Positions 47,043-55,485 of a stretch of 55,485 nt of DNA are shown here, piece by piece (position 1 is the first letter of the stretch; each line of letters starts with the position of its first letter). Under the pieces are notes generated by a model. That model saw nothing but the letters and a program-made list of their open reading frames with translations, was not told the DNA's origin and ran no database searches. A program made the translations under genes and the position numbers. Origin of the DNA: Candidatus Sericytochromatia bacterium (lineage in GTDB: Bacteria > Cyanobacteriota > Sericytochromatia > S15B-MN24 > UBA4093); contig JAKFCT010000057.1 in assembly GCA_036676495.1 (NCBI GenBank), forward strand, positions 1-55,485, given 5' to 3'.

Positions 47043-48218
47043 CTAGGCGACCCAGAGCTTCTGTGCGATCCGGATGGCCAGGCTTCCGAGGGTGATCCCG
47101 AAGTAGAGCATCACCGCCCACCCCCAGCGCTTGTGACGAGCGAGAAAGAGGCCGAACGCCATTGAAATGGTGACCACGCCGTAGGCATAGCGCTCCACCG
47201 AGGCGAGGCTACCGGAAAGCAAAATGAGCAACACTGCCCCGGCGCCATAGACCAAGGCAACGGGCGGAAGGGGCTTTCGGTACTTCCATAGGAGGAATCC
47301 TCCCCCCAAGAGCATGAGGGCCTTCGTCGCGCCGTTCCACGTCGGAGTGCCAAGCGCCCCGAACGAGAGGATGCTCAGCCAGCCTTGCCAGTCGAAGCCC
47401 AGGCTGTCGCGCCATCCGCTTTGCGCCTTGATGAACGCCAGGGGTTCTCCGAAGCGAACGGCGCAGTACCCGATGAAAAGCAAGAGCCCGAGGCTGGCGC
47501 CCAGGGCGGCCACGTACGCGAAGGGCGTCCGGCGCTCCCGCCAGGCGACGAAAAGCATGGCCGGCAAGAGGGGCGCTGCCGTGATGCGCGTGGCCGTGGC
47601 CAGGGCCCCCGTGACCATGGCGATCCCGTAGCGCTTCCGATCGAAGGCCCACAAGGAGGCGGTCGTGAGGAGCAGGAAGAGCCCTTCCGTGTAGATGATG
47701 GTGTTGAACAACGAGTAGGGGCAAAACGCCAGGATGGCGGTCGACCACCGGGCGATGCTCACGTCGAAGCGCTCTTTCATCCACCGGTAAAGCAGGAGCA
47801 AGGCCCCGAGGAACGCGAGGTTGTTGATCAGGGCCCCGGCAATGTTGAAGGGGACGCCGAGTGCGACGACGCCCTTGATCAGGAACGGGAAGACTGGGAA
47901 GAAGACGATGGAGTGCTGACCGCCATCGGGCGCGTAATCGTAGCCGTTCTGAACGATGTGGTGGTACCAGTTGCTGTCCCAGCGCGAGAAGAGATCCCAG
48001 CCGAGCGTGACGCTTTCTCCCGGGGCGATGACGGGCTGCGTCGGGGCGATCGCCATCATCGACACGAGGACGACCATCCGGCTCAGCAGCCACATCAAGG
48101 CAGGGAACGCGAGGTCCCTCGCCCAGCCTGACGGTGATAGGCGTGTCGAGTCGCCCCCGGGCGACTCCGCAAGGGGTTCTACGGCGAGGGGATCGTTGAT
48201 CACGAAGGGGTCTCCCAT
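47043..48218 (-). CDS. PIG-V/GT76-like membrane mannosyltransferase
   Basis: RWDSNWY..I...GY, FFP.FP, YTEGLF, AFIKAQ..W, RY. Confidence 0.85.
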   Translation of the reverse strand: MGDPFVINDPLAVEPLAESPGGDSTRLSPSGWARDLAFPALMWLLSRMVVLVSMMAIAPTQPVIAPGESVTLGWDLFSRWDSNWYHHIVQNGYDYAPDGGQHSIVFFPVFPFLIKGVVALGVPFNIAGALINNLAFLGALLLLYRWMKERFDVSIARWSTAILAFCPYSLFNTIIYTEGLFLLLTTASLWAFDRKRYGIAMVTGALATATRITAAPLLPAMLFVAWRERRTPFAYVAALGASLGLLLFIGYCAVRFGEPLAFIKAQSGWRDSLGFDWQGWLSILSFGALGTPTWNGATKALMLLGGGFLLWKYRKPLPPVALVYGAGAVLLILLSGSLASVERYAYGVVTISMAFGLFLARHKRWGWAVMLYFGITLGSLAIRIAQKLWVA

Positions 48219-48243
48219 TCTTACGAGGTCGTTTGTTGCGTTC

Positions 48244-49563
48244 TTAGAAGGTCCAGGTCGCGCCCGCACGGGCGAAGGCTCCGCCGATCACCGGGCTCGG
48301 CATCGGCTCGGTCACCGGCTTCGACTTGTCTGCTCCCATATCCTGGGTCCAGCCTCCCACCTGCCAGGGCGACATGTAGCCCCCGTCCAGGAAGAGGTTC
48401 AGGCCGCCGAAGGGCGAGACGTTCGCACCCACCGAAGCCAGGGCGTTGAGCGAGCCCGAGGTGCCCGTCGCTCCGGCGTTCGGGATGTTGGCCAGGAGCA
48501 GATTGCCGCCACCGCCCAGCGTGAGGTAGAACCAGAAGCGCTCGGGAACGATCTCGAGCTGGGGCTCCAGGCGCACGAAGGCTCCGAAGCCGTTGATGCC
48601 GCCCCGGTGCGAGACATGGCCCAGCTCAACGCCCCAGCCCAGGCCGTATCCGGACTGGTTGAAGTGGAGGTCGAGGCCGTTGAAGGCTCCTTCGATCTGG
48701 CCATCACGGGTCAAGAGCGAGCGGTTGGAGTAACCCACGCCGAAGGGCATGCCTCCGTAGGGCTGCTCGACGGCCGAAGCGCCGGTCTTGATGCTGTAGT
48801 AGCCGCGCACGATCTCGCCGACCGAGTAGGCGTCGTTCACCTCCACCACGCGGAGGCGGCCCTGTTCCTCGCCGTGACGGCCCACGGCCTGGAAGAAGAG
48901 GTCGGACTTCATGCCCTTGTTGCGGCCCTGATCGAGAATGAGGCGCCGGCCGTCCCGGCTGGTGATGAGGGCGTTCAGCTTCGCGCGATCCCGCACGCCT
49001 CTCACGATGTCGCTCACGAGGTTGTCCATGGCACGCATCTGCGCCTGCTCGCGGGAGGTCGAGTCGCTCGCCTCGGCGCTCACCTCGAACGCGTCATACG
49101 CCACGCCCGTCGCGACATCGATGAAGCGGATGCTCGCCCGCGCGTAGCTCTGATACCGGTAGCCCTTGTCTTCCCGGATGGCCTGGGCCGTCGGGTCGCT
49201 GGTCATCTCCGCCACGAGCAGCTTGTTCGCGTTGAGCAGCTTCCCGATCTCCTGGGCCCGGGCGTAGCCGCCACGCACCAGGTCGCGCTCGTTGACCAGC
49301 GACTGGACCCGCGAGCGCTCCAGCATGTTGAAGCGGTCGAGCTGGATGAGGGCCGTCTGAAGCTTGCCGAAGAGAATGTCGTTGTGGGGGCTGTAGATGC
49401 CGCCCCCGGGGAGGATCGCCAGCGTCGGCTTGTTGTCGGGGACCACCGCTTCCGAGAAGGACTGGATGCTCGGAGAGCGCTTCATCTGGGCGAGGGCCGC
49501 TTCGGGAAGGAGCGCTCCAAGGGTGGCGAGGCCGAGCGAGAGGGCCAACAAGCGTCTGAACAT
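48244..49563 (-). CDS. Secreted CsgG/HfaB-like domain protein with probable C-terminal outer-membrane beta-barrel
   Basis: Signal peptide; RFNMLERS..L..E..IGKLLNA..RFIDVATG; ILDQG...GM; alternating strands ending ATWTF. Confidence 0.7.
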   Translation of the reverse strand: MFRRLLALSLGLATLGALLPEAALAQMKRSPSIQSFSEAVVPDNKPTLAILPGGGIYSPHNDILFGKLQTALIQLDRFNMLERSRVQSLVNERDLVRGGYARAQEIGKLLNANKLLVAEMTSDPTAQAIREDKGYRYQSYARASIRFIDVATGVAYDAFEVSAEASDSTSREQAQMRAMDNLVSDIVRGVRDRAKLNALITSRDGRRLILDQGRNKGMKSDLFFQAVGRHGEEQGRLRVVEVNDAYSVGEIVRGYYSIKTGASAVEQPYGGMPFGVGYSNRSLLTRDGQIEGAFNGLDLHFNQSGYGLGWGVELGHVSHRGGINGFGAFVRLEPQLEIVPERFWFYLTLGGGGNLLLANIPNAGATGTSGSLNALASVGANVSPFGGLNLFLDGGYMSPWQVGGWTQDMGADKSKPVTEPMPSPVIGGAFARAGATWTF

Positions 49564-49920
49564 GCGAATAAACCTCCTATGACACTACGGCCCCATTGTT
49601 CCCAGGGGAGCCGCGCCCTAATCGGAAAACCCTTCGGGAGGGCGTGCGTCCGGCAAACGCCTGGTCGCTTCCACCTTGGAGACGAGCCGGGTAGGCCCTG
49701 GGTTCCGTTGTGACCAATACCCTTGCGGGATTGCCAGACGGGGACTTACGCTTTTTCCGGGTCAATGCCGCGCGGCACTCCGGCCGTCAGAGCGGCTGGC
49801 GGCCCTCAGCGCAGGGAAAGGCTCCTGTTAGGCGCTCTTAGAGCCGTTTGGCGACCTTGCGCCCAGGGTAGAATACCCAGGGCTAACCGGCTTCCGGTGC
49901 AAATTTAGAGGAGAATCTTC

Positions 49921-50757
49921 GTGGGTTCGATGTTCGGCTTGGTGGTCATGGCCTTCTTCATCCTCGTCACCATGGCGATGCAGGGGCCCACCGTTAGTTC
50001 GCTCTTTTCCACGCACGCCCTCGTGATCGTCATCGGCGGCTCGATCGCGGCGACGTTCCTGGCGTTCCCCGCCGACATCGTCATGAAGGTCCCCCGGCTG
50101 ATGTGGGAGGCCGTGCGCCCCACCAAGCTGGAGCTTCCCTCGGTCGTCGCCTCGCTGGTCCGCATCTCGGACCGGGTGCGGCAATCCGGCCTCAACGGCA
50201 TCATGGCCGAACTCAAGCATATCGAGGACCCGTTCATGCGCCGCGGCCTCCAGTACGTGGCCGAAGGCTTCGACTCCAAGGAGATCGAGGAGCTGATGGA
50301 GGCGGATCTCGTCTCGATCCGCGGCCGGCACCGCAACAACATCGGCGTGTTCGACACCTTGGGTGGCTTCGCACCGACGCTGGGCATCTTGGGCACCGTC
50401 CTGTCGATGGTGGCGGTGCTGGGGAACCTCGCGAACCCCGAGGAACTCGGTCCCGAGATCGCCGAGGCCATGCTCGCCACCCTCTACGGCGTCGGCGCCG
50501 CCAACCTGGTCTTCATTCCCATCGGCAGCAAGCTCAAGAAGCTCAGCGAGGAAGAGCTGCGCATCCGCTGGGTCATGATCGAGGCCATCCTCCTGATCCA
50601 GGGCGGCGCGCATCCGCGGGTGATCCGCGAGCGCCTGAAGGTCGCCCTGCCCCCCAAGACCCGCAAGATGATCCAGGACGTGAAGGGCAAGCGCAAGCGC
50701 GGCACGGCGTCGCTGGGCAACGACGAGATGGTCGTCCCCCAGATGGACGAGGGCTAA
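49921..50757 (+). CDS. motA: MotA-family stator subunit
   Basis: IVIGGS, APTLGILGTV, A.LATLYG..ANL..IP...KL, IQ.G.HP. Confidence 0.88.
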   Translation: MGSMFGLVVMAFFILVTMAMQGPTVSSLFSTHALVIVIGGSIAATFLAFPADIVMKVPRLMWEAVRPTKLELPSVVASLVRISDRVRQSGLNGIMAELKHIEDPFMRRGLQYVAEGFDSKEIEELMEADLVSIRGRHRNNIGVFDTLGGFAPTLGILGTVLSMVAVLGNLANPEELGPEIAEAMLATLYGVGAANLVFIPIGSKLKKLSEEELRIRWVMIEAILLIQGGAHPRVIRERLKVALPPKTRKMIQDVKGKRKRGTASLGNDEMVVPQMDEG

Positions 50758-50760
50758 GCC

Positions 50761-51567
50761 TTGAAAGCCCGGGATTGGCGCCTGGAGCGCGACGGCGAGG
50801 AGGAGCACAAGGACTCCGAACGCTGGCTGATCACCTACGCGGACTTGATCACGCTCCTGATGATCTTCTTCGTGGTCATGTACGCGCTCTCTGCGCGCAT
50901 CTCCGGCTCCAACTTCGAGAAGCTTCAGCAGTCGCTCGCCAGCAGCCTCAAGAAGACCCCCAAGGACCTCTTCGCCTCGACCCCGTCGTCCAACCAGGAG
51001 CTCACCGACCTCCAGGACAAGGTCAAGCGGGCCGTCACCGAGTTCGAGGGCAAGAGCCAGGTCAAGGTCGACATGACCTCCCGGGGTCTCGTCATCTCGC
51101 TCTACGACACCGCCTTCTTCGACGTGGGACAATCCAGCATCAGCCCCGCGGGCTACCCCGCGCTCGCCAAGATCGCCACCACCATCGCCACGATGTCGAA
51201 TGCCGTCAGCATCGAAGGCCATACCGACAACGTCCCTTCGCCCAACAAGACCAACTGGGTCCTCGCCGCGGAACGCGCCGCGAGCATCGTCGACTTCATG
51301 GTGAAGCGGGGCGTTCCCGCCAAGCGCTTCCAGATCGTCTCCTACGCCGAGTACAAGCCGCTCTTTCCCAATGACACCCCCGAGCACCGGGCCCTCAACC
51401 GGCGCGTGGACATCGTGATCCAGGAGCACGCTCCCAAGGCGGCCCTCACCCCCACCCCGACGCCCGCCGACCAGTTGCTGAGTCCGGTCATGACCCCGCC
51501 TCCGCCGGCCTTCCAGAACCCCTTCGGGAACGGCGGCATGACCAATCCCTTCGGCAACAACTTCTAG
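50761..51567 (+). CDS. motB: MotB-family stator subunit
   Basis: ERWLITYADLITLLMIFFVVMY, IEGHTD, NRRVDI. Confidence 0.9.
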   Translation: MKARDWRLERDGEEEHKDSERWLITYADLITLLMIFFVVMYALSARISGSNFEKLQQSLASSLKKTPKDLFASTPSSNQELTDLQDKVKRAVTEFEGKSQVKVDMTSRGLVISLYDTAFFDVGQSSISPAGYPALAKIATTIATMSNAVSIEGHTDNVPSPNKTNWVLAAERAASIVDFMVKRGVPAKRFQIVSYAEYKPLFPNDTPEHRALNRRVDIVIQEHAPKAALTPTPTPADQLLSPVMTPPPPAFQNPFGNGGMTNPFGNNF

Positions 51568-51581
51568 CTCCGATCGCTGAT

Positions 51582-51645
51582 TTAGCGTCACCTTAAATCA
51601 AGTTTGAGGCCTCGTTTACCCTCATGCGGAGGGAACGGGCGATAA
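51582..51645 (+). promoter_or_regulatory. 11-bp-phased TTAG/TTAA/TTGA boxes and GGCGATAA element
   Basis: TTAG 51582, TTAA 51593, TTGA 51604; GGCGATAA 51638. Confidence 0.45.
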
Positions 51646-51678
51646 CTCACTAGCGCAAGTTGCGTCAGGAGGTTCGCC

Positions 51679-52212
51679 ATGGCCATCAGCTTGAATTCCA
51701 CGCCCTATCCTCCCAACACCCGTCCGCAGGTGCAGACGCCTCCGCTGGGCGTCGTGGCCGGGGCGGCCACTCCGGTGGTGCGGGTCGGCCAGATGTACAA
51801 GGCGGCGACCCTCAACGCCTCGCTCGGCGCCGGCACGATCACCAAGGCGGGCCTCTTCGGGAAGCTCGCGCAGTCGCTCAACCCCATGGGCTGGCTCAAA
51901 TCCGGGCTGGTGGGCGCGCTCATCTCGTTTCCCCTGGCCGCCGTCCAGAACTTCATGGACCTGAAGGCCGGCAACGTCACCGAGAAGCAGTTCTTCGCCG
52001 CCACGGTGGCCGACGGCGCCGCCTACACGGTCGCGGGCGTCGCGGGCAGCACGCTCGGCGCCATGCTGGGAAGCATCATCCCCGTGGCGGGAACCTTCCT
52101 CGGGATGGCCATCGGCGGCATCATCGGCATGGGCCTCAGCCACTTCTACGACACCCAGTTCAAGCCCAAGATGCGCCAGGAGGTCGAGGCCGCCATGTTC
52201 GGCGGTGCCTGA
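51679..52212 (+). CDS. Glycine-zipper hydrophobic protein
   Basis: AGGAGG RBS; GVAGSTLGAMLGSIIPVAGTFLGMAIGGIIG. Confidence 0.75.
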   Translation: MAISLNSTPYPPNTRPQVQTPPLGVVAGAATPVVRVGQMYKAATLNASLGAGTITKAGLFGKLAQSLNPMGWLKSGLVGALISFPLAAVQNFMDLKAGNVTEKQFFAATVADGAAYTVAGVAGSTLGAMLGSIIPVAGTFLGMAIGGIIGMGLSHFYDTQFKPKMRQEVEAAMFGGA

Positions 52213-52283
52213 TCCCGCCAATCGAATCAAAAAGGCTGTCTCACACGCGTGAGACAGCCCGTTTCAGTTGCGCAGCGCCCTCC

Positions 52284-52382
52284 CGTCATTCCCGCCCCCC
52301 GTTTTCACGGGGGTGACGGCGGGAATCCAGGCCCCTGGAGGCATGTGGCACTCACTGGACTCCCGCTTTCGCGGGAGTGACG
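52284..52382. repeat. CGTC-type REP-like inverted doublet
   Basis: CGTCATTCCCGC..GCGGGAATCCAG-spacer-CTGGACTCCCGCTTTCGCGGGAGTGACG. Confidence 0.8.
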
Positions 52383-52429
52383 TCTGAAGGTGCGTCTCTA
52401 CTTCTGAGACAGTCCCATTTTTTGGGGGG

Positions 52430-53941
52430 TTATTCGGAGCGCTGGGAGGCCACGTCGACGGGGTTGCCCTTCGGCATTCTCCAGGCGATGAAGACTCCGA
52501 CCGCCATCAAGACCAGCGACAGCACGAAGACCATGTGAATCGAGTCGGCCAGCGACTGCGAGAGCACGCCGATCACGTTCGGCGGCAGCTGGGCGTGGAC
52601 GGCCGGATCGAGGATCCGGTGGGGCTCCGCGGCGAGCTGCTTCAGTTCGGGGGCGGGGTTCGTCCTCTGGAGCAGGCGCAGCTGGATCGCGAAGATGCCC
52701 AGCTGGATGCCCCCCAGGACGGCGAGTCCCAGGGTCCCTCCGATGCCGCGGAAGAGCTGGTTGCCGGAGGTCGCCGCGCCGATCATGCGCTGGGGCGCGG
52801 CCGACTGGACGGCCAGTACCGTGGTGGTGGCCACGAAGCCCATGCCGAGGCCCAGGATCACGTTGAAGGCCGTGAGCTGCCAGGACGAGGTCTGGGGGGT
52901 GGCGGTGGCGAAGAGCGCGAAGCCGGTGGCCATCAGGGCGGCTCCCATGACGGTGAGGTTGCGGAAGCCATAGCGGTTGAGCAGTCGCCCGCAGAGCGTG
53001 GCGCCGGTGACCCAGCCGATGGACATGGACGTGAGGACGCGGCCCGCGACGCCGGCCGATTCACCGAGCACTCCCTGGACCCAAAGGGGAACGAAGCTGG
53101 AGGTCGAGAAGACGGCTGCGCCGGCCAGGAAGCCGAGGCTCACCGAGGCGGTGAAGACCGGGTTCTTGAAGAGCGCGACGGGGAGGATGGGATCCGGCAC
53201 CCGGCGCTCGTAGACGATCAGGGCGAGGGTGAGGGCCAGGCCGAGCGCGATGGCCGCGATCTCCCAGGGGTAGACGGGGCCCTGTCCGATTTCGAGGAAG
53301 CCGTAGAGCAGGAGGAGGATGGCGCTCGAGAAGAGGGCGGCGCCGATCCAGTCGACCTTCGGGCGGGCTTCGCGGTGTTCGGGGACCTGGAGGAAGACCC
53401 AGATGAGCCAGGCGGCGAGGACGCCGAGGGGCAGGTTGACGTAGAAGGCCCAGCGCCAGGAGAGGGCTTCGATGAAGAAGGCGCCGGCGACGGGGCCGAC
53501 GACCGAGGCGACGCCCCAGACCGAGCTGAGGAGGCCCTGCATCTTGCCGCGGGTTTCGGGGGGGAAGAGGACGCCGAACATGATGAAGCTCATGGTGAGC
53601 AGGCCGCCGGCCCCGATGCCCTGGACGGCGCGGAAGATGACGAGCTGGAGCATGGTCTGGGCCATGCCGCAGAGGACCGAGCCGATGGCGAAGATGGCGA
53701 TCGCCAGCAAGATGAAGCGCTTGTGGCCGTAGATGTCCGAGAGCTTGCCGTAGATCGGCGTGGCCACGGTCGATGCCAGGTTAAACGCGGTCGGAGCCCA
53801 GGGGTAGAGGGAGAGGCCACCGATCGAGGAGATGACAGTGGGCATGAGGGTGCCGATGATGGTGCCGTCGAGGGCGGCCAGGAACATCACCATGAGGATA
53901 CCGGCCACGACGGCGCGTTGCCGGGCGTCCATTCGGTTCAC
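52430..53941 (-). CDS. MFS DHA2 (EmrB/QacA-like) transporter
   Basis: FLAALDGTI, YGKLSDIYG, FRAVQGIGAG, WRWAFYVNLP. Confidence 0.93.
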   Translation of the reverse strand: MNRMDARQRAVVAGILMVMFLAALDGTIIGTLMPTVISSIGGLSLYPWAPTAFNLASTVATPIYGKLSDIYGHKRFILLAIAIFAIGSVLCGMAQTMLQLVIFRAVQGIGAGGLLTMSFIMFGVLFPPETRGKMQGLLSSVWGVASVVGPVAGAFFIEALSWRWAFYVNLPLGVLAAWLIWVFLQVPEHREARPKVDWIGAALFSSAILLLLYGFLEIGQGPVYPWEIAAIALGLALTLALIVYERRVPDPILPVALFKNPVFTASVSLGFLAGAAVFSTSSFVPLWVQGVLGESAGVAGRVLTSMSIGWVTGATLCGRLLNRYGFRNLTVMGAALMATGFALFATATPQTSSWQLTAFNVILGLGMGFVATTTVLAVQSAAPQRMIGAATSGNQLFRGIGGTLGLAVLGGIQLGIFAIQLRLLQRTNPAPELKQLAAEPHRILDPAVHAQLPPNVIGVLSQSLADSIHMVFVLSLVLMAVGVFIAWRMPKGNPVDVASQRSE

Positions 53942-53963
53942 GGGGGTCCTTTCGTGGAAGGGG

Positions 53964-54680
53964 TTACTCGGTGGGACTGGGACCGAGCAGCTCGGGGTAG
54001 ACGCGCTCGGCGAAGAGGCTGACCAGCCAGGCATCGTAGGAGAGGCCGGCGAGGCGTTGGAGTTCGGCGAGGGCCTCGTCGGGTTCGAGGGCTTCGCGGT
54101 AGGGGCGGCGGTGGGTGAAGGCTTCGTAGGCCTCGGCGATCGCCAGCACCCGGGCGGGAAGCGGGATCGCTTCACCCATCAGGCCGTCCGGGTAGCCGGT
54201 GCCGTCCACTTTTTCGTGATGCCAGCGGACCCAAAGGGCGGGGGCGTCGCTCAGGCCGATCTCATGGACCATGCGTTCACCCTGGAGGGGGTGTTCGCGC
54301 AGGGCGTCGCGTTCGGCGGGGGTGAGGGGGGCGGCTTTGGCGAGGATGGGGGCGAGGTCTTCCTCTCCCAGGTCGTGGAGGTAGCCGGCTTCTGCCAGGG
54401 AGTCGAGGACGTCGGGGGGGAGGCCGGCGGCGCGGCCGAGCTTGCGGGCGAGCATGGCGATGCGGGCGGCGTGCTCGGAGTCGTAGCCTTCGAGGTCCGA
54501 CATGTAGCGTCCCCAGGCGGGGAGGTCGAGCGGGTTCTCCGCCTCGGTGCCAAAGCGCGGCAGGCGGAGCTGTTTGAGTCGCTCGAGGACGGCCGGGGGG
54601 GCGAAGAGGTAGAAGAGGTAGGCGATGGCGGCCAAAAGGCTGAGGTAGCCAATCACACGGAGCGCGAGCTCGATGGTCAT
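53964..54680 (-). CDS. HD-GYP domain phosphohydrolase with N-terminal TM
   Basis: LHDLG, HHEKVDGTGYPDGL, IPLPARVLAIA, RPYR. Confidence 0.9.
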   Translation of the reverse strand: MTIELALRVIGYLSLLAAIAYLFYLFAPPAVLERLKQLRLPRFGTEAENPLDLPAWGRYMSDLEGYDSEHAARIAMLARKLGRAAGLPPDVLDSLAEAGYLHDLGEEDLAPILAKAAPLTPAERDALREHPLQGERMVHEIGLSDAPALWVRWHHEKVDGTGYPDGLMGEAIPLPARVLAIAEAYEAFTHRRPYREALEPDEALAELQRLAGLSYDAWLVSLFAERVYPELLGPSPTE

Positions 54681-54704
54681 GGCTACCTCAGGGTTTCCGA
54701 TGGG

Positions 54705-55484
54705 TTAGGGAACGAGGGTCGCGGCCATGGCCGTGACGGCCAGCAGCGCGACGATGTTCACGATCTTGATCATCGGGTTGAGCGCGGGGCCGGCGGTGTC
54801 CTTGAAGGGGTCACCGACGGTGTCACCGACGACCGCGGCCTTGTGGGCATCGCTGCCCTTGCCGCCGAAGTGGCCCAGCTCGATGTACTTCTTGGCGTTA
54901 TCCCACGCGCCGCCGCCGGTGGCCATCATGAGGGCCATGAGGAGGCCGGTGATGATGACGCCGACGAGCATGCCGCCCAGGGCGCGGGCGCCCATGAAGG
55001 CGACGGCGATGGGCACGGCGATGGAGAGGAAGCCAGGAAGGAGCATCTGCCGGATGGCGGCGGCGGTGACGATGTCGACCGCGCGGCCGTAATCGGGCTT
55101 GTCGGTGCCCTGCATGATGCCGGGCTTCTCGCGGAACTGGCGGCGGACTTCCTGGATGACGGCCTGCGCGGCCTTCCCGACGGACTCCATGAAGAGCGAC
55201 GAGAAGAAGAAGGGCAGGACGCCACCGATGAAGAGGCCGATGATGACCTTGGGATCCTGGAGGGTGTACTGGATGTTGGTGAGGGCGGGGTTGAACTCGC
55301 CCATCTCCTGGACGCGCTGCGTGAAGGTGATGAAGAGCGCGAGCGCGGCGAGGCCGGCCGAACCGATGGCGTAGCCCTTGGTGACGGCCTTGGTGGTGTT
55401 GCCGACGGCGTCGAGGGCGTCGGTGGTGTGGCGGACCGATTCGGGCAGCTCCGACATCTCGGCGATGCCGCCGGCGTTGTCGGT
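54705..55484 (-). CDS. hppA: Membrane proton-translocating pyrophosphatase, 3' part (K+-independent signature)
   Basis: [33 protein letters not shown]; runs off window edge. Confidence 0.95.
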   Translation of the reverse strand, partial: TDNAGGIAEMSELPESVRHTTDALDAVGNTTKAVTKGYAIGSAGLAALALFITFTQRVQEMGEFNPALTNIQYTLQDPKVIIGLFIGGVLPFFFSSLFMESVGKAAQAVIQEVRRQFREKPGIMQGTDKPDYGRAVDIVTAAAIRQMLLPGFLSIAVPIAVAFMGARALGGMLVGVIITGLLMALMMATGGGAWDNAKKYIELGHFGGKGSDAHKAAVVGDTVGDPFKDTAGPALNPMIKIVNIVALLAVTAMAATLVP

Positions 55485-55485
55485 G

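Noticed and set aside
49921-51567. Zorya ZorAB defence system
   Set aside because: MotA is normal length without the long ZorA tail; no zorC/D/E nearby

Overview
High-GC bacterial chromosome window. The ProS N-terminus and a short-loop CC-type nucleotidyltransferase look cyanobacteria-like, so a non-photosynthetic relative such as Ca. Sericytochromatia is possible; this is inference only. The backbone carries housekeeping, metabolic and signalling genes: CC-adding-type tRNA nucleotidyltransferase, a GDH homolog lacking its three catalytic lysines, ROK kinase, preA, nrfHA, proS, an MCP, two PAS histidine kinases, motAB, MFS, HD-GYP and partial hppA. It also has many lineage-specific lipoproteins. 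An AT-richer accessory region (~36.2-45.5 kb) abuts the 3' end of tRNA-Thr(CGT) and holds immunity-like, S8 protease, Sel1 and decayed genes separated by repeated non-coding units; no integrase is visible. The most striking unexplained signal is at 29.8-31.1 kb: four homologous minus-strand non-coding transcription units. Each has a palindromic TCCGTA-N5-TACGGA box, a -10 hexamer 22-23 bp downstream, a fixed TGAGACC-N17/18-GGACGG scaffold around an unrelated variable segment, and a GC hairpin terminator. A second small-RNA-like family is present in three dispersed copies, and several shared promoter motifs also occur. All product calls come from motif recognition by eye; no database searches were run.
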